Origin: Gekko japonicus
Lineage: Eukaryota
Direction: 5' to 3'
DNA length: 64,000 nt
Assembly: GCF_001447785.1 (NCBI RefSeq)
Contig: NW_015170278.1
Span: 1,851,144 to 1,915,143 of the forward strand
Positions within the stretch are counted from its first letter, which is position 1. Each line of letters begins with the position of its first letter. Positions 50,401 through 61,759 of this stretch are shown here, one piece after another. The notes under the pieces are model-generated. The model was not told where the DNA came from, searched no databases, and worked only from the letters and a program-made list of their open reading frames with translations. Both the position numbers and the translations under genes were made by a program.

Positions 50401-52329
50401 TACTGGAGAACAGCAGCTTAAAGTGGCTTAAAATGAAATCCATATAAAAGTTACAATTTAAACAAACAACTAGGTTTGAGCCTAATAGCATCTTAAAGAC
50501 CAACAAGTATGAGCTTTCAGAAGTCAAAGCTCCCTTCCTCAGATATCTGAATAATTAAAATAAAAATATACAACCTGACAGGCCCTTCGGATGACCTTAA
50601 AGCAGGTGATGATTGACAAGGATATCCCAGGCTATGTACGATTTCTACTGGCACGGCTCACACAGGGCCAGACACCAAGGCCTTTGGGTCATGTCCCTGA
50701 GCAAGGCCAAGTTTCCAGTTCCCGCATAAAAGGGGAGGGGCAAATGCTCAGCCTAGGTCTTACTCAGATGTTCCCAATTTCCTCCCCAGCAATATGCAAG
50801 ATTTTAACATGTTAATGCTGTTTTTCATGTATATTGGATCAATCCTGAGCAGGTCTACTCGGAAGGAAGTCTCATTTTACGGTCAGGAAAGTGCATGTAG
50901 CCCACGTCCATGTTAATTTCTGCAGGATGAAGAGTGTTGCCTTACACAAAACTTTTTTTTTGTTCTGCGGTGACTATTACTTGGTTTAGCAAGTGTTGAA
51001 GGATATACTGGTTTGTATTCAACCACCCAGCTTAGAAAATTTAAGTTTGCTTTAAAGAGAGTGGCGATTCCACCCCCACCCCCCTGCTGCATCCCATTGA
51101 GTATCTCCTGGAAATTTTGTTCCTGGCTATCACCAGACCTCCATAAACAGCATAATATGTGTATGTGGCGTTGCCCCTATCCCCTCCATTGTTCTCTATG
51201 GTGGGAAAAACGTAACTTTTTTCCCGCTATAGAGAACAATGGAGGGGATGGGGCAACCTGTTTGAGGGCCCGTAGAATTGGACCCCCTGGTCCAATGCTC
51301 TTCAAACTTGGTCGGTATCTTGGGGAGAGGCTCCAGCAGCTACCCTGTGTGTTTGGAGCCTCTCCCTCAAACCCCCTCCCCTCCAGCCTCCAGAATGTAC
51401 CCTATGTTTTCGCCATTGACTTCAATGGCCCATAGGATATAATGGGGCCGAATTGCCGCCGAAGATCAGAGAATCTGAATCGGCCCGCAGCAGCCCGAAA
51501 GGGGTCCGAATGGGCCATTTTGGGGGGTGCATTCGGTTCAGACGAACCGAAAAAAATTTTTTTTTGGCACACTTGAGTCACTGGATTATTTAAAATAGTG
51601 ATTTCAGGGTTTGTACTGGAAGTGATGTCTGGCCATTGCTGCAGCTCTGTGCCCATGTCCCCATCCGCCCCCCTACTCCCAGTCTCCTGCCTGATGCCAG
51701 CCACTAACTGGAAACTATTAGCACATAGGTTAGATACACATCATCATTTTCAAATGTTTGCATGTAGTGCCTAAATTAACAATGCTCAAACTAACCTTTC
51801 TTTCCACAATTCTCTGATTAAGATCCTTCTGAATAATAAATTCAAAATTCTGACTGCTTATGGGCTGGTGTACACATTTATGATGTGTATACTGTTTGAA
51901 ATATCCTTTTGTGATGGCTTACCCGCTGTGCTGCTGTAACATGTAGAACTGGTCATCCTGTCCTTTCACTTCATGTTGTGCATCTTGTCCTAGCACTGCT
52001 CATTCTGGCATGGATGATGAAGAGTTAAGAACATAAGAGAAGCCAATGTTGGATTAGGCCAATGGCCCATCCAGTCCAACACTCTGTCACACAGTGACCA
52101 AAAATACCAGGTGCCATTAGGAGGTCCACCAGTGGTAAGCCATTGAGCAAGAATTGCAAACTCTGGCTTGGGACGTTCTTGCAGATTTGAAGGTGATACC
52201 CAGGAAGGGGTCTTCCAGTTTCTTCTAGACTCTGTAGTTAGGGTTGCCAGGCCAGTGGGAGTCTAGGGGGTGGGGGTATTGGGGCATTGTTGGGAAAGGT
52301 GTGATGTCACTTCCGGGGGGAAACTGGAA

Positions 52330-52890
52330 GTGATGTCAGTCTTCTTTAGGAAGAAGAAGAGATTGAATTTATACTCCACCCTTCACTCAGAGTCTGGGTG
52401 GCTTACAATCTCCTTCCCTTTCTCTCCCCACAACAGACAACCTGTGAGGTAAGTGAAGAAGAAGAAGATATTGGATTTATACCCTGCCCTTCACTACCCA
52501 AGGGAGTCTCAGTGCGGCTTACAATCCCTTTCCCTTCCCCTCCCCACAACAGCCACCCTGTGAGGTAGGTGGGACTGAGAAAGCTTTGAGAGAATAGCTC
52601 TGAAAGAATTTATGACTGACTGACCCAAGGTCACACCAGCAGCTGCATGTGGAGGAGTAGGGAATCAAACCTGGTTTCCCCAGATTAGAGTCCATGCTCT
52701 TAACCACTATACCAAACTGGCTTCAGTTGGGACTAAGAGAGCTCTTTTGAGAACTGCTCTTGAGAGAACAGCTCTGAGAGGACTGTGTCTGGCCCAAGGT
52801 CACCCCGCTGGCTGCATGTGGGGGACTGGGGAATCAAACCTGGTTCTCCAGATTAGAGTTTGCCACTTCTTAACCACTACACCAAACAGG
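52330..52890 (-). mobile_element. Tandem or nested Squam3-type SINE copies inserted in a TAGGGTTGCCA MITE
   Basis: Two (GAA)n-preceded tails and two heads (gattagagt..ct.ttaaccactac.ccaaac) on the minus strand. Confidence 0.7.
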
Positions 52891-53139
52891 TAAAACCGTA
52901 GAGTTTCCAGTGATTTGTAGAGAGGACTCATGTCGCTTCTGGATTTCCCGCAGAAATTATGTCATGCCATTGCCTATGCGGATTTAAAAATAAATAAATT
53001 CTGCCACCTTCCGTAGGAGGGGCCAGCAGGCAACAGCCCACTGAGGGTGGGAGATCTTGCATCCCAGCAGGCGTTTGGCATTTGTAGTCTAGAGATCAGC
53101 TGTAATTCCAGGAGAACTCCAGGCTGGATCTGGAGGTCT

Positions 53140-53670
53140 ATAACCCTACAATGAGTAGAGAGAGTCCTTGCATAATAAATATGACAGGTTTAGATGCTGA
53201 TTCGGTACACATCTTTTGGATATATCTCCACACCCCTGCCTTTTTGGCAATATATGATAGTTTATTAACGAGATATTGGGGGGAAGGGGAAATGCCTCTA
53301 GAACCAAAGGTGATCTTATTTTGTTATCTAAAAGAGAAGGTAGCCACCTCGTAAACAGAGCTAGTTTTGAGCCTGCGTAGAGCTGCAAAAATGGCAATAG
53401 CTGCAAACTGGAGAAAGATAGAATCCCCACCAAGAAGTAATTGTTTTAATTGTATCTGGCACATTGTGTTCTGGAAAGAACTGATGCATTATTCAGCATC
53501 TCAAAAGAAACAATTTTCAAAATGCAGATAAGTAAAAGGACTGACGGATTATATTTATTATGTTTTGGAACAATAAGATAGGAGGCAGTCTTTCTGTTGG
53601 CTTTATAACTATTTTAACTTGTTTTGTTTAGTTTTTTCTTGGCATAGAATGGTTTTTACAACAATAAAAT
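53140..53670 (+). mobile_element. Degraded L1 ORF2 3' fragment
   Basis: DADSVHIFW...MPLEPKVILF...AAKMAIAANWRK resembles the L1 ORF2 C-terminus. AATAAA near 53663. Confidence 0.6.
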
Positions 53671-54754
53671 ACTATATTACTCCCCCCCCCCCAAACAACA
53701 TGCATACCAGCTCTGGGCTTTTGGGATTGAGGTGGAACCAAAATATGTTTTAAAGAGCACATGACCACTTGAAAGGAACATCCTAGCAATAAAATTTCTT
53801 TCAGTGCTATAAAGTTATTATGAGAGAGAGATGCAGTTGCCATGCAAACCGAGGACAGGCTGTTCTGCCTGATGACCTTCCAGTGATGCCACATCTGGAA
53901 TTAGAACAAGAGCCATCCATTTAAATCCACTGATGTCCATCCCCAGAGCCTGTTAGGTCCCTAACAAAATGCCATAAAACTTTATTATAGAAATAGGGGC
54001 AGCAAGCCCAAACTTTCTTCCTAGAGCAGAGGCAGAAGTCAGACAAAGAGTATTATAGGAAAAGCAAGCCCAGTATAGTGAACTATACAGGAAAGACCAA
54101 ATTCTGAATATGACCCCTAAGCAAGGATGCCATAAGTGACAGTGGGGCCCTCCAACTTAGAAGGGGAGGTGGTGTATGATCAGTTTTCCCCCTCCCCATG
54201 GTGACTTGTGCAAGCTTTTGATTTTAGAAATTCTGGCACTTGGGCACCTCTAAACATACAAAGATATGGTTGACATGATATATGCTATCATGGTGTTACA
54301 GCTGCTGGCTAATCATTCCTTTATTGATCTAATTGCTGGCTAAATAGCTCAGCTTGATCAGTTGAATGGAGACTATTGATAAGAAGTGGTTTCCTTATAA
54401 ACAGGGATAACTCTTCATCTTTTCAAATGAAATACCTGTGATAGCTTGGAAAAAGTGACCCCTTAAATGGAGGGAAAAACTGCTTATAAATTACATAGAA
54501 TTTAGTTTCTAGATCTAAGGAGTCAACTTGATATAGTAGTACAATCACAGCAACACTTTCCTGGGGCTAAGCCCTTTTGGATAGACTAGGGTTGTCAGGT
54601 CCCCTCATCGCACTGGTAGGGGGATTTGGGGGGTGTTCTGGGACTTCCCTGACATGATAACGTCACCCAGAGGTGACGTCATCACATCAGGGACATCACA
54701 CAGTGACACTCTGGTTTTGGGCAAACCTCTAGGGTAAAACTGGGTTCAAATCAT

Positions 54755-55120
54755 AGAGTTTTGCCCTCAAACCCATAGCATTGCCGCACGGCATCCCCAA
54801 TGTGATGACATCACTTCTGGGTGAAGTTATTGTGTCAGGGATGCTTCACAGCGACGTCACTGTTTGAGGGCAGGGTTTCCCCTGCTGGCCAGCTGGCTGG
54901 CAGTGGACAGAAGCCCCCAAAACTGGTTTTTGGGGCTTCTGGGGCTCCCCCAGTTTTTGGGGTTTCTGCCTGCTGCCAGCCAGCCGGCCAGCAGGGGAAA
55001 CCCTGCCCTCAAACAGTGACATCGCTGTGCAGCATCCCTGAAACAATGACTTCACCCAGAAGTGATGTCATCGTATTGGGGGTGCTGTGTGGCAATGCTA
55101 TGGCTTGAGGGTAAAACTCT
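54755..55120. repeat. Long fold-back inverted repeat (~170-bp arms) within a MITE
   Basis: Arms 54755-54926 and 54950-55120 are reverse complements with scattered mismatches, mostly transitions. Confidence 0.92.
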
Positions 55121-56394
55121 TAAAGTGCTGGACTCGAATCTGGGAGAATGAGGTTCACATCCCCACTCTGTCATGAAGCTTGTGCAGGGGTCAGTAGGAT
55201 AAAAACCTAACAAAATAAGTAAATAAAATAAATTGGTGACTTTGGGACGAGGCTGAAGTTGGTTCCCAGTTTCTTATTCATTCCTTATTTGTGACTTGAA
55301 TCCAACCAAAAGCATTGAGGATAGTTTAAAAGTTCTGAGCCCCAAAATAAGGTTTGGACCACCATAAATCATATACCCCCACATTCAGGGGACTCTGCCC
55401 TTCGAGAGGACATATGATGTTTCCTGGTCCAAAGCCCAGTTCCTGTGCCAGCTGCTTCAAAGTGGGGTGCCTTAGGAAAAATAGCAGAGGCAGACACTGG
55501 GGCCAAGCTGTACCCCAAAATAATCTTTGGACAATCCCATATCACACATCCTCACACTCCAGTTTGTAACACTGCCTGGTTACAAACACTGGTTCTGGTG
55601 CCATGAGCTTTTATTTGGAGTGCTATCCAGAAGCCTGTATAAGGAACTGAAATGGCTGCATGCCCTCTGCTATACAAGAGAAAGTTTGGACCACTGCTGC
55701 TCTCATGCATCCCTACATTCGGAGGACTCTGCCCTCCAAGGGAATCTATGCTGTTTCCTGATCCAAAGCCCAGTTCTTATGCTAATAGCTTCAATGTTGG
55801 GATCCCCAGGACAAATGCACACACGGACACTAGCTGCCCTGAGCCTGTTCGCAGGATGAGCGGGATATAAATATAATAAATAAATTTAAAAAATGTCATT
55901 CAGTTGCTGACCGAGAAGTGGCACTCCTCAGAGAGGCATCAGGGGGAGATTACAAACTGAGATTGCTGAACTGAAGTTCATTCACATGTTTATAACAATA
56001 GACCTACCAGGTCTGAATTATTTCTTATCTCACTAATGTTCAGTACGCAAGCATTTCCTCTCTGTTCTAACCAAGCGTATTACAATGTGCATTGCTTCTT
56101 TGCATCCTCCTGACCCCTTTCTCTGCAACACAATTCCCACCTTCTGACTACGATATGATGACTCAGAAGTTCCCATTTCAGTTTGTATCTGACCAGGTGA
56201 GCTTTGACTCTTGAAAGCTCAGACACACACCCCCCCCCCCGAGATTGTTGATCTTCTCTAAGGTGCTACTGGGGAGAGTCTGTGTGTGTGAAGTGCACAG
56301 TGATTGGGTAGTTAGCCCCATGTGACTTGTGCAAGTGTCCATGGGATGCTTTAGTACTTAAAGAACTTAGTAAACATGACATAAACATGACAAT

Positions 56395-56773
56395 GGCCCT
56401 GATCACATGCAGAATTTGCCACAGGATACTCACAAATGCTGGCCGGATTTTACTGATGCGATCAAACGGACACATCTGGCCAGCGTCCCGCACCCGTCAG
56501 CAACCCGTAGCAGTCAGCCAAAGAAGCGGAGTTTAAAAGTACCCGGGAAAATCCACTATCAACTGGTTGTGACAGGCTGCAGCCGGATGCTCTCCATGTG
56601 ATCGCTCCAGCGCGCTCCTCTCACGCCCCTGCTTCCTGGTTGGAGCACGCCGGAAACACTAGCCGATGGAAACAACGCCGTCGTATCTGATCGCGTTGGG
56701 GTTTGTCAAATTGTGATGGCACAAATTGCCACACCTCCCCCCCCCACATTTTCCGGCACGTGTGACCGGGACC
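56395..56773. mobile_element. Harbinger-like MITE nested in the long-TIR element
   Basis: Imperfect TIRs GGCCCTGATCACATG / CGTGTGACCGGGACC, 3-bp flanks aat/tat. Confidence 0.45.
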
Positions 56774-58304
56774 TATGATGACATTTTCAAAGCTCTGTCA
56801 GGAGCTTAGTAAATGTGCATCTTCACATATGTGGGGCTGGCTCTTTACATCATTCTGTCATTGTCTATGGTTTGTGAAAATGCCTTGGAAAACTGGGCAT
56901 AATGATCTCACTTTTGAGGGCAAAATCATAAGTGCATTCTTAGAATAGTAACCTTTGCTACAGAAAGAAGGCTGTCAAAAGACCGTTTCCATTTGGGGAA
57001 GGATAGCAAGTAAGTGACATTCAAATACCATATAGTTTAGGAAATGGCTGTATAATTTTTGGCACAAAGACAGAAGGGGACTGAGAACTAAAGGTTCAAG
57101 AAGTGGAAACAACGTGAGTCTGTAAGAAGCATGAAGATTCACATTTCTTCTCTCCAGTGTGATAAATGCAAGGATTGGTTTCCCCCAATGAACAGAGGTT
57201 ATCAGTCACAGTTAATGTTGCCCAGCTAACACCATAGCTTTGTCCAGTCTGTGAGGCCACCAAGAATACTGTACTTAGTGATTATAAATGTAACCAGGGT
57301 TAATACGTACAGAGAAAAAATAACAGCTCAAGGTGCACACCTAAATTTTGATTCAAGTAGTTTTGTGCATCCATGAACTATGGTAACATCTCATGGTAAT
57401 GACATAGAACATGAATGTGCCAGTGAATGTGGACCTGTGTTTTCTGAAAAGAAATCTATACTCAGTTTTATTGAGAAAAAATGGCAAGGTATTATTGATC
57501 CTCATGATGATCAGTTATCTGTTTTTAAGAGACATTTTAGAGACAGCAGTGGAGAGGTGGTAGTTAGAAATTGCTCGTTGCTTTTTGCCATCAAGACATC
57601 TGACTTATGGTGATCCCGTAGGGTTTTCAAGGCAAGAGACCTTTAGAGGTGGTTTGCCTTGGTGGTCTCCCATCCAGGGCCAACTGTGCTTAATTTCCAA
57701 GATCTGACGAGATCAAGCTAGGCCAGGCTATCCAGGGTGGTTAGAAATTCTACCTTGCAGCAAATGCTTTTCCACTGAGCTACCTGATTCCACAAATGCG
57801 GAATTTAGAGCTTCCAACTTTTAATATATTATTATCTTTTATTTTATTCAAATATCTATGGAAGAACAATCCTGATGTTCTGTTTTTTCCCCCAAAAGGG
57901 GAAAAACCATAAGACTTCATCCCTCCTTTCTCTGTATCCCAACAGCATAACAGATGTACAACACAAAAACCAATGATGTCTTTTCCAGATACAAAGTTGT
58001 TGGCATAACTTATAGCACAGGACAACATTTTGTTGGCTTCCAGAAATCTGGAAAGAATAGCCGCTGACATCTGTCTATAGAAAAGCTACTGCTACTATAG
58101 GAGCTGCCGTCAGGCTAGGCACTATGCAAAGAGGAGGACAGTTCTGATTGGGGACAATAAACCTACAGATATCACAGCAAACATCAATTTTGATGAATTG
58201 ATTTTGTATGTTCTATACTGTTTTGCTTGAAATTTTAGTCACATCAGTAAGGGAACATAGAAAATTGAAAATAATAAAATAAATAACTTTTCAACAAACG
58301 TACA

Positions 58305-59100
58305 GTGTCCAGATCACATGAAGTGTTGGTACCACTTTACTCTGCTCTGGTTAAACCTCACCTTGAGTATTGTGTTCAGTTTTGGGCGGCACAATTTAAG
58401 AAGGACATAGACAAGCTGGAACGTGTCCAGAGGAGAGCAACAAAGATGGTGAGGGGTCTGGAGACCAAGACCTATGAGGAAAGATTGAAGGAGCTGGGTA
58501 TGTTTAGCCTGGAGAGGAGACAACTGAGAGGTGATATGATCACCATCTTCAAGTACCTGAAGGGCTGTCATCGAGAGGATGGTACAGAGTTGTTTTCTGT
58601 TGCCCCAGAAGGTCGGACCAGAACCAACGAGTTGAAATTAAATCAGAAGAGTTTTCAGCTAAACATTAGGAAGAACTTCCTGACAATTAAAGCGGTTCCT
58701 CAGTGGAACAGGCTTCCTTGGGAGGCGGTGGGCTCTCCTTCTTCTGAGGTTTTCAAACAGAGCCTAGATGGCCATCTGACAGCAGTGCGGATTCTGTTAA
58801 TTTAGGCAGATCATGAGAGGGAGGGCAGGAAGGGCTGCCTCAGTGCTTAGTTCTTGTGGCCCTTTCTTACACACCCAGGGAAATGCTGATTGCCACTTTG
58901 GGGTCAGGAAGCAATTTTTCTCCAGGCCAGTTTGGCTAGGGATCCTGGAGGTTTTTTTGTCATCTTCTGGGCATGGAACAGTGGTCACTGGGGGTGTGGA
59001 GGGGGAGGTATTTGTGAATTTCCTGCACTGTGCAGGGGGTTGAACTAGATGACCCTGGAGGTCACTTCCAACTCTATGATTTTATGATTCTATGATTCTA
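58305..59100 (+). mobile_element. CR1 LINE 3' fragment nested in the long-TIR element
   Basis: ORF2 C-terminus [17 protein letters not shown]...WNRLP, 3'UTR and (ATTCTATG)n tail. Confidence 0.92.
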
Positions 59101-59719
59101 AGTGAAACAGAGGGTTTTGCACAGCACAATAAATAACTTTGAAATAATTTTGACTGAGAGGCTGAACCTAGGATACCTAGGGCAAGGGAAAGTAGGGATC
59201 TCAGCGGTTCTAATAGGAGATTTTGGTACCAGAGGCTGTATTTGGCCCACACATCATTCCATGCATGTTGGTGCTGGGGGCACCCCACTTTGGAGCAATT
59301 AGCACAAGAACTGGGCTTTGAACTAGGAAGCAGCATAGGTCATGGGGGCACCCCACTTTAGGGCAGTGGCACAAAAACCGGGCTTTGGACCAGGAAATAT
59401 CATATGTCTTCTTGAAGGGCGGAGTCCCCTGAAGGGTGTGTGTGGATGATTTATGGTGGTCCAAACCTTATGTTGGGGTTCAGAGCTTTTAAACCATCCT
59501 CAATGTTTTTGGTTGAATTCATGAATAAGGAACGCATAAGGAACTGGGAACCAACTTAAGCCTCCTGACCTTGGGCCAGTCACATTCTTTCAACTGAACC
59601 TACCTAGGGTTGTCTTGAGGATAAAATGTGGTGTGATGTACACCACTCTGAGGTCCTCGGAGGAAGAGTGGCATAACAATGTAGTAAATGAATAAAATAT
59701 AGATGGAGTTTTGGTGGAA

Positions 59720-60195
59720 CATAGAATAGAATCATAGAATCAGAGAGCTGGAAGGGGCCATACAGGCCATCTAGTCCAACCCCCTGCTCAATGCAGGATC
59801 AGCCGAGAGCATCCCTGACAAGTGTTTGTCCAGCCGCTGCTTAAAGACTGCCAGTGAGGAGGAGCTCACCACCTCCCTAGGCAGCTGATTCCACTGTTGC
59901 ACAACTCTTACGGTAAATAAGTTTTTCCTAATATCCAGCCGGTACCTTCCTGCCCTTAATTTAAACCCATTATTGAGAGTCCTATGCTCTACTGCCAACA
60001 GGAGCAGCTCCCTGCCCTCCTCTAAGTGACAGCTCTTCAAATACTTAAAGAGAGCAATCATGTCCCCCCTCAACCTCCTCTTCTCCAGACTAAACATTCC
60101 CAAGTCCCTCAGCCTTTCCTCATGGGGCTTGGTCTCCTCCTTTTTGAAGTGAGGCCTCCAGAACTGCAAACAATACACCAGGTGTGGCCGTGTGT
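59720..60195 (-). mobile_element. CR1 LINE 3' fragment (second family)
   Basis: RPHLVYCLQFW...LEKRRLRGDMIALFKYLK...WNQLPREVV, with catagaat tail repeats. Confidence 0.88.
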
Positions 60196-61759
60196 GGGGC
60201 TGCAGATGTGTGCTCCAAAGATCTTCTGCCTGCTTTAGGAATGCTGGTTTGTCTTCATTTATGCTTTGTTTGTGTATTTCTAAATAAAACAATTAATCAA
60301 ACGGCACCATGAGTCTCCAGCACTCTCTTATCCAGAGAAATGAAGGTCAAACTAGACCTGATGCATGAGTTCCATGATTAGGAAATCCTGTGTATGTGCA
60401 TGAGTTTTACTGATTAGTCTCTATGTAAATCAGTAGCAGAATATATATTTGCGCCACATTCACTGCTTCTTTCCTTTCTTGATGTCAGCACTCTTGAATG
60501 TATTTATAACCTCTTAAGGGTTTTATCTCGCCCTATCTCTGGGAATTATTTTTCACTGCTTCTCCTTTCATCTTGCCCTATTTCTGGGAATTATTTTTCA
60601 TTGCTTCTCTTTCTTCTTCACAGGTCTCTTGTTTATGCTTCTGCCCTCCTCCTTCTCTGCTTGTTCTCTGTTCTGTTGACAGGATGCTTGTTGTGGTCCC
60701 CAGCTGGGATATAAATGTTTTTTGTGTGTCTGGTCTCTCACAGGATCAGGTGACTGTGGCCCTGTCAGAGCCCAGTCAGTTTTTTCTTGAGAAATAATTA
60801 CACAGCCCAATGCAAATAAGCAAAGAGTCAACTGAAAATAAATGACACAGCTAAAGAAAACAAAACTGGGACGTGTGTGCTGGAGCTCTTAAAATAAACT
60901 CCATCAAAAGGAAGAAAAGATATATATGGATGGGAATCTTTGGGAGGGGACTGAGCCCTGAGCAAGAAGGTGGACTGAAGAGCTGCCAGACGAAAGAGAC
61001 CCTAGACTGAAGCTACTAGTGCTGAGCTCCTGTTCTTTTGCTAATTTTATCTATCCTCATTGAAATCTGGCTTTGAGTGCAGTTCTTTATCAGCAGACAT
61101 TTTCACATTTTTCTTTATGGCTTGTTTCTAAGTTAGCCTTCAGTTCTAGTAGTGTCCTTGAAGGACAGCATTTTTATGTTGCCTTCCATGAGGCAAACAG
61201 CAGCTGCGGGAGGCAGGGAAGAAATGTGTACCTCCTGCCATAATCTATATCACTCTCTCCAGCCACATCCATATCACTCTCTCTATCCATCCACACACCC
61301 GCAGTTCAAAATCTCCATGAAGTTCTTGGAGTTGGCACTCGGCAGCCCTAGTCTCTACTGATCCATAATCAGCAGGACTATCCTGCCATCTTAGAAAGCT
61401 CTTGTCGACCCTTGTCTAAGGCATACTTTTCAAGATAATTTGGGGAGCCTCTGTTGGAGGCTGTGTGTGCAAGACAAGAGAGGCTAGAGCTGCTAGGAGA
61501 ATAGGCAGGAGCAGACTGCTTTTTCATGTGTGAACTTAATCATGGGATATATCATGGGGGATATAATCACCAACTAGTTCAGCTGTGGAAAGGAGCAGTC
61601 TTTGCCAAAAATACCAGCCAAGAGAGATGATTCAATCATGGACAGTCTGCCTTATGATTGTTCTAAAAATGTTGATCCAGTTAAAGTCCAATGCCCTGTT
61701 GTCTGGTTTTGAGCTAGCCTAATGCAGCTGCAGAAAAGGCTTTCTCCCAACTCAGCCTA

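Larger units (their letters stand above)
55249..59564 (+). mobile_element. Degenerate long-TIR DNA transposon with KDZ/Zisupton-like transposase, PHD-finger and USP-like remnants
   Basis: Inverted ends 55249-55471 / 59347-59564 (GAGGC...GCCTC), duplicated SINE target, internal motif remnants (see findings). The element is well supported; the superfamily is inferred. Confidence 0.7.
55121..59700 (+). mobile_element. Squam3 SINE split into 55121-55248 and 59565-59700
   Basis: Head ..tggactcgaatctgggaga..ccccactctgtcatgaagcttg..ggtgactttggg on the left. tgaccttgggccagtcac..gaggataaaatg.. tail resumes on the right. Confidence 0.75.

Noticed and set aside
60780-61140. Possible ERV/LTR remnants (also ~21830-22290 and ~63520-63780)
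   Set aside because: TATA/AATAAA-like words are present, but I could not define TG..CA termini or TSDs.
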